64,000 nt of DNA from Narcine bancroftii (GCF_036971445.1 NC_091471.1:2852001-2916000), one strand, 5' to 3'. Shown: positions 12,748 through 25,700, counted from the stretch's first letter. Notes: generated by a model not told the origin, from the letters alone. Translations and numbers: made by a program.

Positions 12748-14190
12748 CGGAATCTGTGGAATTTGTTACCACAGGCAGTTGTGGAGGTCGGGTCATTGGG
12801 TGTATTTAAGGTAGAGATTGATCGGTTCATGATTAGCCAGGGCATCAAAGGTTATAGGGAGAAGGCCGGGCAATGGGGCTGAGTGGGAAAATGGATCAGC
12901 TTGCGATTAAATGGCGATGCAGACTCGATGGGCTGAATGGCCTAATTCTGCTCCTATGTCATATGGTCTTATGGATAGTCAGCAGGGCCTTGTGAAGGGA
13001 AGGTTGTGCCTCATGAGTCTAATTGAGTTTTTTGAGGCAACAACAAAAGAAATTGATGAGGGTAGGGTGGTAGATGTGGTCTACATGGATTTTAGTAAGG
13101 CATTTGACAAGGTCCCCCATGAGAGACTCATCCAGAGAGTCATGAGGGATGGGATCAGTGGAACCTTGGCCATGTGGATAAAAAAATTGGCTTGTAGGAA
13201 GAAAGCAAAGAGTAGTAGTGGAAGGAAAGAATTCTGACTGGAGGAGCCGCAGGGATCTGTTCTGGGAACCCTGCTCTTTGTGATTTTATAAATGACCTGG
13301 ATGCAGAGGCGGAAGGATGGGTCAGTAGATCTGCAGATGATACGAAGGTTGGAGGAGTTGTGGATGGAACTGAAGGTTGTTGAAGGTTACAAGAGGATAT
13401 AGACAGGGTGCAGAGTTGGGCAGAAAAGTGGCAGATGGATTTCAATCTGGATAAGTGTTAGGTGATGGATTTTAGAAGGACAAACCAGAAAGATGAGTAC
13501 AGGGTTAATTGTCGGTTACTTAAGAGTGTGGATGAACAGAGGGACCTTGGGGTCCAAATCCTTAAATCCCTCAAGGTCAGCAAACAGGTTGATAGGATAG
13601 TTAAGAAGGGATGTTGGGCTTCATTAATACGGGGATTGCATTCAAGAGTCAAGAGGTCATGATGCAACTCTACAAATCTCTGGTGAGACCGCACTTAGAA
13701 TATCATGCCCAATTCTGGTCACCTCATTATAGGAAGGATGTGGAAGCAATGGAGAGGGTGCAGCAGAGATTTATACCAGGATGTTGCCTGGACTGGGAAT
13801 CAAGTCTAATGAGGCAAGGTTAGCAGAGCTGGGACTTTTCTCTTTAGAGCGTAGAAGGATGAGAGGAGACTTCAGAGAGGTTGACAAGATTATAAGAAGC
13901 AGAAACAGGGTGGACGGTCAGCACCTGTTTCCCAGGGCAGGAATAGCAAACACCAGAGGTCATGTGTAGAAAGTGAAGGGATGGAAGTTTAGGGAGACGT
14001 TAGGGGTAAGTTTTTACACACAGAGAGTTGAGGGGGCCTGGAATGGCTTTCCAGGGATGGTGGTGAAGGCTAAAATATTTAAAAGACTCTTAGACAGGCA
14101 TGAGGTATGAGGTTATGAGGTAGGGAGGGTTTAGTACTTTTTTAAAGGAATAGAAGGGTTGGCACAATATCAAGGCCTGTGCTGTCATGA
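12748..14190 (+). mobile_element. Two adjacent CR1-clade LINE fragments
   Basis: A CR1 3' end with a TATGGTC-type tail to ~12972, then RT motifs (VDVVYMDFSKAFDKVPH, LYKSLVRPHLEY). Confidence 0.85.
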
Positions 14191-14348
14191 ACTTTATTCT
14201 CTGCCTCTCAGAATCCTGTCGACCTCGATCGAGTCTCCTCTCATCCGTCTCTGCTCCAGAGAGAAAAGTCCCAGCTCTGTTCACCTTGCCTCCTCAGACT
14301 TGTTCCCCCAATCAATCCAGGAAAAGTTTTCCAATGAGTGAAGGAAAT

Positions 14349-14520
14349 CTCCTCCCCTCCCCCTTCCCCCCATCCCCCCCCCTCCCCCTTCCCCCCATCC
14401 CCCCCCCTCCCCCTTCCCCCCATCCCCCCCCCTCCCCCTTCCCCCCATCCCCCCCCCTCCCCCCCCTCCTCCCCCCCCCCCATCTCCCCCCCTCTCCTAC
14501 TCCCCTACCTTCTTCATTTT
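14349..14520. repeat. Near-pure pyrimidine tract of ~24-bp CCCCTTCCCCCCATCCCCCCCCCT repeats
   Basis: Directly visible immediately upstream of the CpG island. Confidence 0.9.
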
Positions 14521-14529
14521 CCAACACAC

Positions 14530-15030
14530 TGAGACGGCGCAGATTGACCCTTCCTTCTCCTGACAGGCAGGGTTGGCCCCAGGTCGAGGGGCCGAATGGC
14601 GGTCGCCGCGCAGGCGCAGTTGGGAGCCTATCCGTCGGCCGGATCGGCGATCGACTGTGGCGCCTGCGTCACGGCCGCCGTCGCGAGCGCTGCGGCTGCG
14701 TTCGATTCCGAGCCCTTGCGCGGGCGGCAGCGGCCGGAGGAGCGGGTGCGGAGAGAGCGCGGCGTCGTGGTGTCGGCGGGAGGTGTCGGCGGGAGGTAGG
14801 CCCGGGTCGCCCCGGTCCCACCCCGGGGGAGAGCGGCGCGGCGTGGGGAGAGAGGGCCCGGCGGACGGGCCGGACACGACAGGAAGGCGGCTGATCTCCA
14901 CGCGGCCCCGCGTCTAGAACCTTCCACAAGATGGCGGCCGGGACGGAGCCTGGGCCTAGGCCTTGGCGGGGACTAGGGGTGGGGGAGGGGGAGGTTCCCC
15001 GACTACCCCCCCCCCCCTCTCCGGCCCAGA
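14530..15030 (+). promoter_or_regulatory. CpG-island promoter of the ZNF638-like gene
   Basis: The densest non-repeat CpG-rich segment in the window. Contains NRF1-like GCGCAGGCGCA (14608-14618), CRE-like TGCGTCA (14665-14671) and a perfect YY1 site CAAGATGGCGGC (14927-14938). Confidence 0.8.
14596..14795 (+). other. ZNF638: Candidate exon 1 of the ZNF638-like gene (5' end/TSS unknown)
   Basis: Donor GGGAG|GTAGGC at 14795/14796 lies inside the CpG island, and joining it to 48188 keeps the reading frame open. Confidence 0.5.
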
Positions 15031-15061
15031 TTTTACCATCCTCATCCAGTCCCTCAATTTA

Positions 15062-17745
15062 CTCCCCACCCAGTCTGTCCCCCCCTCCCCCACCCAGTCT
15101 GTCCCCCCTCCCCTCCCCCACCCAGTCTGTCCCCCTTCCCTCACCCAGTCTGTCCCCCTTCCCTCACCCAGTCTGTCCCCCCTCCCCACCCAGTCTGTCC
15201 CCCTCCCCACCCAGTCTGTCCCCCCTCCCCCACCCAATGTCTGTCCCCCCTCCCCCACCCAATGTCTGTCCCCCCCTCCCCCTCCCCACCCAGTCTGTCC
15301 CCCCCTCCCCCACCCAGTCTGTTCCCCCTCCCCTCCCCCACCCAGTCTGTCCCCCCTCCCCTCCCCCACCCAGTCTGTCCCCCCTCCCCTCCCCCACCCA
15401 GTCTGTCCCCCCTCCCCTCCCCCACCCAGTCTGTCCCCCTTCCCTCACCCAGTCTGTCCCCCTTCCCTCACCCAGTCTGTCCCCCTCCCCACCCAGTCTC
15501 TCCCCCCTCCCCACCCAGTCTGTCCCCCTCCCCACCCAGTCTCTCCCCCCTCCCCCACCCAGTCTGTCCCCCTCCCCCACCCAGTCTGTCCCCCCCTCCC
15601 CACCCAGTCTGTCCCCCTCCCCACCCAGTCTCTCCCCCCTCCCCCACCCAGTCTGTCCCCCCCTCCCCACCCAGTCTCTCCCCCCTCCCCCACCCAGTCT
15701 GTCCCCCCTCCCCCACCCAGTCTGTCCCCCCCTCCCCACCCAGTCTGTCCCCCCCTCCCCACCCAGTCTGTCCCCCCTCCCCACCCAGTCTGTCCCCCCT
15801 CCCCCACCCAGTCTGTCCCCCCTCCCCCACCCAGTCTGTCCCCCCTCCCCCACCCAGTCTGTCCCCCCTCCCCCACCCAGTCTGTCCCCCTCCCCACCCA
15901 GTCTGTCCCCCTCCCCACCCAGTCTGTCCCCCTCCCCACCCAGTCTGTCCCCCTCCCCACCCAGTCTGTCCCCCTCCCCACCCAGTCTGTCCCCCTCCCC
16001 ACCCAGTCTGTCCCCCTCCCCACCCAGTCTGTCCCCCTCCCCACCCAGTCTGTCCCCCTCCCCACCCAGTCTGTCCCCCTCCCCACCCAGTCTGTCCCCC
16101 CCCTCCCCACCCAGTCTGTCCCCCCACCCCCACCCAGTCTGTCCCCCTCCCCACCCAGTCTGTCCCCCCACCCCCACCCAGTCTGTCCCCCTCCCCACCC
16201 AGTCTGTCCCCCTCCCCCACCCAGTCTCTCCCCCTCCCCACCCAGTCTGTCCCCCCACCCCCACCCAGTCTGTCCCCCCTCCCCCACCCAGTCTGTCCCC
16301 CTCCCCACCCAGTCTGTCCCCCTCCCCACCCAGTCTGTCCCCCTCCCCACCCAGTCTGTCCCCCTCCCCACCCAGTCTGTCCCCCTCCCCACCCAGTCTG
16401 TCCCCACCCCCACCCAGTCTGTCCCCCCCCTCCCCACCCAGTCTGTCCCCCACCCCCACCCAGTCTGTCCCCCTCCCCACCCAGTCTGTCCCCCTCCCCA
16501 CCCAGTCTGTCCCCCTCCCCACCCAGTCTGTCCCCCCCCTCCCCACCCAGTCTGTCCCCCCCCTCCCCACCCAGTCTGTCCCCCCACCCCCACCCAGTCT
16601 GTCCCCCCACCCCCACCCAGTCTGTCCCCCCTCCCCCACCCAGTCTGTCCCCCTCCCCACCCAGTCTGTCCCCCTCCCCACCCAGTCTGTCCCCCTCCCC
16701 ACCCAGTCTGTCCCCCCCCTCCCCACCCAGTCTGTCCCCCCACCCCCACCCAGTCTGTCCCCCCTCCCCCACCCAGTCTGTCCCCCTCCCCACCCAGTCT
16801 GTCCCCCTCCCCACCCAGTCTGTCCCCACCCCCACCCAGTCTGTCCCCCCCCTCCCCACCCAGTCTGTCCCCCCACCCCCACCCAGTCTGTCCCCCCTCC
16901 CCCACCAAGTCTGTCCCCCCTCCCCCACCCAGTCTGTCCCCCTCTCCACCCAGTCTGTCCCCCTCTCCACCCAGTCTGTCCCCCTCCCCACCCAGTCTGT
17001 CCCCCTCCCCACCCAGTCTGTCCCCCTCCCCACCCAGTCTGTCCCCCTCCCCCACCCAGTCTGTCCCCCCTCCCCCACCCAGTCTGTCCCCACCTCCCCA
17101 CCCAGTCTGTCCCCCCCTCCCCACCCAGTCTGTCTCCCCCTCCCCACCCAGTCTGTCTCCCCCTCCCCCACCCAGTCTGTCCCCCCTCCCCCACCCGGTC
17201 TGTCCCCCCTCCCCCACCCGGTCTGTCCCCCCTCCCCCACCCGGTCTGTGCCCCCCCTCACCCACCCGGTCTGTCCCCCCCTCCCCCACCCGGTCTGTCC
17301 CCCCCTCCCCCACCCGGTCTGTCCCCCCCTCCCCCACCCGATCTGTCCGTACCTCCCCCACCCGGTCTGTCCCTCCCTCCCCCACCCGGTCTGTCCCCCC
17401 CTCCCCCACCCGGTCTGTCCCCCCCTCCCCCACCCGGTCTGTCCCCCCCCCTCCCCCACCCGGTCTGTGTCCCCCCCCCACCCGGTCTGTGTCCCCCCCC
17501 CCACCCGGTCTGTGTCCCCCCCCCCCACCCGGTCTCTGTTCCCCCCTCCCCCACCCGGTCTGTCCCCCCTCCCCCACCCGGTCTGTCCCCCCTCCCCCAC
17601 CCGGTCTGTCCCCCCTCCCCCACCCGGTCTGTCCCCCCTCCCCCACCCGGTCTGTCCCCCCTCCCCCACCCGGTCTGTCCCCCCTCCCCCACCCGGTCTG
17701 TCCCCCCTCCCCCACCCGGTTTGTCCCCCCTCCCCCACCTGGTGT
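15062..17745. repeat. C-rich minisatellite, ~19-22 bp unit CCCACCCAGTCTGTCCCCCTCC (~130 copies)
   Basis: Directly visible; C-run length varies, and the core switches from CAG to CGG at ~17195. Confidence 0.97.
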
Positions 17746-20562
17746 CTGATTCCCCCCACCCCGTGCCTGATTTCCCCCCCCCTCCATCCTGTGCCTGATT
17801 TCCCCTCCTCCCTAATTCCCTATATGTACCCCATCTGGTCTGTGGTTCCTCCATTCCCACCTGGTTCCTATTACCCTTCCCCTTGCAACCCCTCCCAATC
17901 CTCCTCCCGGCATCTCTCTTCCCCATCCCCCTGCTTCAAACCATGTCCCTTCTCCCCAGTCCCTCCTTGCGGTTTCTCCTCGTCCTCCACTGCTGCTCTC
18001 CCTCCCAAAATGGTGTTCCTGCTCTGAAAACCTTTCCTTCCCCCACTCAATATTCTGTTCTACCCCTTCTTCCCTTCCAATTGCTGATGTGACTGACTGA
18101 TGGGAGGAATGCTTCATTGGATGTACGTAGGGCAGTCTTTGGTCTGTATTGGGGTGACTTTGGCTATTTCTGTGACCCTACCATTGCAGTTCTCTCAGGT
18201 AATCATTGAATGGAGCCCATAGCCTGGAAGGAAACCAGTTTTTGTTTTATAATCTCACCCAAAGTTCCCTCAGTGTTTGATTTTGTTTGTTTTTCACTCT
18301 GCAACACAAGCATCTTGTCCTCCTGCTTCAGTTCTGGCTGTGAAATCTCAGATGTTAACTTTCGCTAGTTGTCGAAGTTCTTTATATTTTCTTCCCTCTA
18401 GTTGTCTCTGACCTTCCTCTCTTTTATTATAAGCCTGGGATGGGTGGCGTCATGATCCAGATGCTGTTTGTTCATTGGTATTTTGGAGAAATGCAAAATG
18501 AATTTTTTCCTCTCTAAAAATGAGGTGAAGGACAGTTTGCTGATTTAATACCAGTCAATGATCCTTCCTTTGAATTTGCTGTTCATGAACATTTTAACTC
18601 TAAGCTGGCATAAAATGCCCTACAATCTCCATGTGTTTTGAACTATCAGCTTATCCCTTGAAAGGAATGGACTAATTTAATTTTTTTTTCCTCAGGGTGT
18701 ATCTGAAAAGAATTTCATTGCAACTTAACTTTTCACAAATCAAATCTGTACGTTAACAAAAGCAAATCTGGTGTTATTTCTGTAATTCTGCAAACTTCAT
18801 TGTCAGTGAGAGCATGGGGGGGAGAAATGAACAGTAGTGGCCAGCAGAGAGCCTGCTTGGACTGGATGCTGAAGGAAATGGGGGAAGGGGTTGGAGAAAG
18901 CAAGGAGAGAGGTGATTTATTATTGAAGACGTGAACATTTCTGGAAGAAACACGGAGGCTGGGTTTCTTGGGCCACTGATTAGAATTGAATTGGAGAGGA
19001 CTGAAATGGCATTTGGGAAACTTTCCTAGGGAGTATTAGCCTGATGAAGAGAAATCTAATAGAGGCTATTGGAGCAGAGCTTCCAAGGGAAGAAGGAATG
19101 TCGAAAGGTGTAAACATTTCAGCTGAGGATGAATGACATCGATGATTGTTGGTTAAGATACAATGTTTTCTGGATTTATTCAGATTTAAATGGACCTGAT
19201 CAGAATAAATGTATAAATTTGCATCTGCTCATGTCCAGAGGGTAATGAGAAATGTTTGGAAATTACATCATTAGACAATAAGATTTGTTTCATACATTCT
19301 GTGTGGCCTGGAATAGAGATCTTGTGTACTATTCCACTAGGAGCCATTTAGCAAACAGTTGGATGAAAAATTTACATCTGGAATTAGATGTCTATACTTC
19401 CTAAGAGCCAACAGTGTGAAAATCAGGTCGACAGGATCTCTGATGCAACTTCCCAAAACATTTTTGTGGAGCGGTAGCATGCATATCATTTTCTTCCCAC
19501 TTTTGTCTCCTCTTGTTATTGCTTGCACACATCACTGAGCCAATGCACGAGCAATAATGCCCTTTTGATTTCCTTCTTGGTACCAAGAATTGATTTTGTT
19601 TTGCACAAGACATGCACGTTTTAATGATTCATTTTATGGAGAAGATGATGGGTCAAAAATGAGATGGACTAATTTTAACTCATTTTCAGTATCTAAGTAA
19701 ATTTTATACATCATAAAGATAGAATTACTAATCGTCGGTACAATGTTCATATTCTCAATTCACAGTTGCCCTGGGTAAGATCTATCCTTTCATGCTATTT
19801 ATATCCAGTGTAAAATTCAATGGTTTTTGTCACAGGAGTAGTGAAAGGTAAGTATTATAGGGGTTTTTTTAATTCCTGGGGTTTAATGGGTCTGCATTTG
19901 TACTTTGTTCCTAATGGTTAATGTGCTTTGTTTAGATTAATTCCATGTCTCCAGTCTTTCAGTTGACCTCTGGGTTTTTTGCCCTTGCTTTCCTTGAGTG
20001 AAAGCAAGTTGCAGGCCAGATAGTCAAAGATGTGATTTTCGTCTTCAGTTTAACAGTTTTTTACAAAGTAATTGAGTAGGATGAATATTTTAGAGCCTTC
20101 ACTGTATATTAGAACTTGAAAATCACAAAATTAAATATTGCACATTTAAAATATTCCAAATCATCTGTGCCTCCATGAATGCTGGCAAGTCTCACTGTTG
20201 CTTTCAACCCTCGTCAAGTTGCAGTTTCAGCTGATCTGGCCATTGTCAGCGCTACTGCCTTTTTATCTGGTCGATTATTCGGCAATTTAAAATAAGTAAT
20301 TTGTGTGATGGAATGAATGAGAAGATAATGAGGTTAAGCATCATCTTGAAAGTTTCAGGTCAACTGGGAGAAGAATGGAGAGTTCAGTTGGGATATGGGA
20401 GAAAGGCCTATCCAGAAATAGATTGGGTAATAAAGCAGCGCTATTAACAGGCCATTTTAAAGAAACTGGGTGAGAAATGGATGTGAGCAGGATAATGCAG
20501 AATCATTTCTTTACCCACAAAGAAAGAATGATATTTGTAGTTGGCAGGGAGCTGCTGCTTAA

Positions 20563-20900
20563 GGCACTTTCAGGTGGCCAATTGCCCCGCATGTAAAGCC
20601 GCATGTTTAGGCAATACGCAGCTGTTTTGAGGTCACCTGTGCAGGAGGCGCTCTTGAGGTGAGCTACGTCACCCTCCTCCAAGAGGGAGAATCAGCTCAG
20701 CTCAGTGGCTCCCCCAGCCACCTGAATGCAGCTGCCTGAAAGTGGATGTTAAAGGGTCAGGCTGCTGATCACAGCTGACACTGGGCAGGAGCCCAAGTGC
20801 GCTCAGAGCTGCAGCCTGTGCAGCTGTGTCCTTCAGGTAGCCAGCGTTGTGCTTTAAACGCTGCCACCCGAACGGCAATTTAAATGCACCTGAAAAAGCC
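20563..20900. mobile_element. PIF/Harbinger-like MITE
   Basis: Imperfect TIRs GGCACTTTCAGGTG / CACCTGAAAAAGCC, with TAA at the left flank. Confidence 0.55.
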
Positions 20901-21539
20901 TTTAGAGTAACTTGCTGTGGCCTGAAAAAAACACAATTTTTCTACCAATTTGGCACTGTAGAGATGGTCCAACTGGAAATCATGGATACACAGGGGTCTA
21001 GTAATTGAGACCAAGAGTTTCAAACTGCATCTTTGAGATTGGGCATAATTCTCAACCCGTTTTTTCTGTGAACTGGAATGTTTGTTCGAAGTGGTGATGG
21101 GCATTTAGAAAAACTTAAGTTTGCCATATCCAGGAGGTAATTTAGAGGACACTATGGAAGAGAGATGATTAGTCATTATGGTTGTTTGCTGACATGTTTC
21201 CTGGAACAGTTTTGCTTTGCACGAAAACAAATAATGCATCTTCTGACAAAGCACAATTATTTTGGGGAAATATCACACACTCATGAAACAAGAATCTTCA
21301 TTCTCTATTTTCTGTGAAAATAAATGTTTTCAGGAATTTTTTCTTTGAGAATAATTAGCAATGCTGATTCAACTCTGCATTTGAGAAAATTTAAGGTCAT
21401 TAGGAAGCTTAGAGTGGGTTAGATCATAGAACATCAGTCATTTAAAATTTCAATTGCTAGTCTATGTGAAGAAGGAACCTTAGGTGATCTGGTTACAATT
21501 CCAATCTGCAGGATGAAGTCAACTGCAATGATCCTGTAA

Positions 21540-22230
21540 GAATCCCATTCATTTCTCCCAATTCCTCCGTCTCATTTGCATCTGCACTCAGGATGCGGAC
21601 TTCCATGCTGGATCATCAGAAATATCCTCCTTCAGACGATGTATCACTATCAACTCTGCCCTCACAAACATATCCTCCATTCCCATCACATCTGCCCTGG
21701 CCCCCCTGCATCCCCATGCGCAACAAGGAAAGGATTTCCCCTTGTCCTCACCTACCACCCCATCAGCATCTGCATCCAACACATCTACCTCTTGCCATTT
21801 CTGCCACCTACTATGTGATTCCACCCACCAGACACGTCTTCCCTGCTCCTCCCCTCCACCTTCTGTTCCCTCCATGATTCCCTTGCCACTCTTCTGTTCT
21901 CACCAATCGACTCCTTGGCACCTACTCTTGTGATCGCAGGAGGTACTCCACTTGCACCCATACCTCCTTCATTGCTACGTGGGGCCTCAAACAGTTCTTC
22001 TAAGTAACAATACTTCATGTGAATCTACAGGAGACTTCTACTGCACCTGGTGGTTTCCTCTACGTCAGAGAGACTGGGCACAGACTGGGAGATCACTTCA
22101 TTCCCTGCCCCATTCTCTTGCTGATCTGTCTGTCCGTGGTCTCATGCACTGCCAGACATTGCAAATGTTCACTGGAAATTGAAGGAACTCATATTCTTCA
22201 GGGCACCCTCTAACCAGATGGTATTAATAT
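21540..22230 (+). mobile_element. Penelope-like element fragment
   Basis: Degenerate IP.SQFLRL..IC, PLVLTYHP and GIY-YIG (YVRETGHRLGDHF) motifs. Confidence 0.7.
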
Positions 22231-22232
22231 TA

Positions 22233-22780
22233 GCCCCTTTCACACTACCACTGAATATGGGTTGAAACAGGCAATTTAGCGGGTCACTTATCAATAGGCC
22301 CTTTCAAGCTGCTTTGTAAAATGGGGTTAACCAGGCAGTTGGCCTGATTAGCGCCTAACTCACAAGGCAGTGAAAGGGTCTGACATGGTTCACGTCATCC
22401 AAAATCAACTGGGTCCCTGCCCTACCTTGGAGATGGTCAGGAACCCATTAATACTCACCTAGGTTGCGTCCTCCAATGGCCTGAAAGCAAAAATGCCTGA
22501 CCCAGTTACTCTTGCACGCTGGCATCACAGGGAATCCCTGGCAAAAGAGGAGAAAGGGGTCTCCGCAATCAGTGGGATGGGGGGATGCTGCGGTCAGTGG
22601 GCCGGGGGTCCTGAAGTATGATGGAAGAGGAAGTGAATCATCCAAATGGTGGATGTATGCCAACCAAGCAGGCTGCGTTACCTTTGGTGCAATGCTTCTT
22701 GAGTGGTCTGTGGAATATGTGGAGAGAATTTCATACCCTCCTGACATCCCTCGAAGATATTGGAAAAGCTTTCTTAAGAC
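22233..22780 (+). mobile_element. Left arm of a Harbinger-like element
   Basis: TTA followed by GCCCCTTTCACACT, the same terminus as the 54606 element; the right TIR was not found. Confidence 0.45.
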
Positions 22781-25700
22781 TGGATGTGATGTATTGCAGA
22801 TGCCACCCTTTTGCAAGTGATGTATTGCAGATGCCCCCCTTTTGCAAGTGATGTATTGCAGATGCCCCCCTTTTGCAAGTCATGTATTGCAGATGCCCCC
22901 CTTTTGCAAGTCATGTATTGCAGATGCCCCTCTTTTGGATGTGATGTATTGCAGATGCCCCCCTTTTGCAAGTCATGTATTGCAGATGCCCCCCTTTTGG
23001 ATGTGATGTATTGCAGATGCCCCCCTTTTGGATGTGATGTATTGCAGATGCCCCCCTTTTGGATGTGATGTATTGCAGATGCCCCCCTTTTGCAAGTGAT
23101 GTATTGCAGATGCCCCCCTTTTGGATGTGATGTATTGCAGATGCCCCCCTTTTGCAAGTGATATATTGCAGATGCCCCCCTTTTGCAAGTGATGTATTGC
23201 AGATGCCCCCCTTTTGCAAGTGATGTATTGCAGATGCCCCCCTTTTGCAAGTGATGTATTGCAGATGCCCCCCTTTTGCAAGTGATGTATTGCAGATGCC
23301 CCCCTTTTGCAAGTGATGTATTGCAGATGCCCCCCTTTTGCAAGTGATGTATTGCAGATGCCCCCCTTTTGCAAGTGATGTATTGCAGATGCCCCCCTTT
23401 TGCAAGTGATGTATTGCAGATGCCCCCCTTTTGCAAGTGATGTATTGCAGATGCCCCCCTTTTGCAAGTCATGTATTGCAGATGCCCCCCTTTTGCAAGT
23501 GATGTATTGCAGATGCCCCCCTTTTGCAAGTGATGTATTGCAGATGCCCCCCTTTAGCAAGTGATGTATTGCAGATGCCCCCCTTTTGGATGTGATGTAT
23601 TGCAGATACCCCCTTTTGCAAGTGATGTATTGCAGATGCCCCCCTTTTGGATGTGATGTATTGCAGATGCCCCCCTTTTGCAAGTGATGTATTGCAGATG
23701 CCCCCCTTTTGCAAGTGATGGATTGCAGATGCCCCCCTTTTGCAAGTGATGTATTGCAGATGCCCCCCTTTTGCAAGTGATGTATTGCAGATGCCCCCCT
23801 TTTGCAAGTGATGTATTACAGATGCCCCCCTTTTGGATGTGATGTATTGCAGATGCCCCCCTTTTGCAAGTGATGTATTGCAGATGCCCCCCTTTTGGAA
23901 GTGATGTATTGCAGATGCCCCCCTTTTGGATGTGATGTATTGCAGATGCCCCCCTTTTGCAAGTGATGTATTGCAGATGCCCCCCTTTTGCAAGTGATGT
24001 ATTGCAGATGCCCCCCTTTTGGATGTGATGTATTGCAGATGCCCCCCTTTTGCAAGTGGTGTATTGCAGATGCCCCCCTTTTGCAAGTGATGTATTGCAG
24101 ATGCCCCTGCTTTTGCAAGTGATGTATTGCAGATGCCCCCCTTTTGGATGTGATGTATTGCAGATGCCCCCCTTTTGCAAGTGGTGTATTGCAGATGCCC
24201 CCCTTTTGCAAGTGATGTATTGCAGATGCCCCCCTTTTGCAAGTGATGTATTGCAGATGCCCCCCTTTTGGAAGTGATGTATTGCAGATGCCCCCCTTTT
24301 GCAAGTGATGTATTGCAGATGCCCCCCTTTTGCAAGTGATGTATTGCAGATGCCCCCCTTTTGCAAGTGATGTATTGCAGATGCCCCCCTTTTGCAAGTC
24401 ATGTATTGCAGATGCCCCCCTTTTGGATGTGATGTATTGCAGATGCCCCGCTTTTGCAAGTGATGTATTGCAGATGCCCCCCTTTTGCAAGTGATGTATT
24501 GCAGATGCCCCCCTTTTGCAAGTGATGTATTGCAGATGCCCCTCTTTTGCAAGTGATGTATTGCAGATGCCCCCCTTTTGCAAGTGATGTATTGCAGATG
24601 CCCCCCTTTTGCAAGTGATGTATTGCAGATGCCCCCCTTTTGGATGTGATGTATTGCAGATGCCCCCCTTTTGCAAGTGATGTATTGCATATGCCCCCCT
24701 TTTGCAAGTGATGTATTGCATATGCCCCCCTTTTGCAAGTGATGTATTGCAGATGCCCCCCTTTTGCAAGTGATGTATTGCAGATGCCCCCCTTTTGCAA
24801 GTGACGTATTGCAGATGCCCCCCTTTTGCAAGTGACGTATTGCAGATGCCCCCCTTTTGCAAGTGATGTATTGCAGATGCCCCCCTTTTGGAAGTGATGT
24901 ATTGCAGATGCCCCCCTTTTGCAAGTGATGTATTGCAGATGCCCCCCTTTTGCAAGTGATGTATTGCAGATGCCCCCCTTTTGCAAGTGATGTATTGCAG
25001 ATGCCCCCCTTTTGCAAGTGATGTATTGCAGATGCCCCCCTTTTGCAAGTGATGTATTGCAGATGCCCCCCTTTTGCAAGTGATGTATTGCAGATGCCCC
25101 CCTTTTGCAAGTGATATATTGCAGATGCCCCCCTTTTGCAAGTGATGTATTGCAGATGCCCCCCTTTTGCAAGTGATGTATTGCAGATGCCCCCCTTTTG
25201 CAAGTGATGTATTGCAGATGCCCCCCTTTTGCAAGTGATGTATTGCAGATGCCCCCCTTTTGCAAGTGATGTATTGCAGATGCCCCCCTTTTGCAAGTGA
25301 TGTATTGCAGATGCCCCCCTTTTGCAAGTCATGTATTGCAGATGCCCCCCTTTTGCAAGTGATGTATTGCAGATGCCCCCCTTTTGCAAGTCATGTATTG
25401 CAGATGCCCCCCTTTTGGATGTGATGTATTGCAGATGCCCCCCTTTTGCAAGTGATGTATTGCAGATGCCCCCCTTTTGCAAGTGATGTATTGCAGATGC
25501 CCCCCTTTTGCAAGTGATGTATTGCAGATGCCCCCCTTTTGCAAGTGATGTATTGCAGATGCCCCCCTTTTGCAAGTCATGTATTGCAGATGCCCCCCTT
25601 TTGCAAGTGATGTATTGCAGATGCCCCCCTTTTGCAAGTGATGTATTGCAGATGCCCCCCTTTTGCAAGTGATGTATTGCAGATGCCCCCCTTTTGCAAG

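Noticed and set aside
14931-18027. 900+ aa Pro-rich and Gly-rich ORFs on both strands
   Set aside because: They arise from a stop-free C-rich minisatellite with variable unit length that is open in all frames. The ATG at 14931 is part of a YY1 motif.
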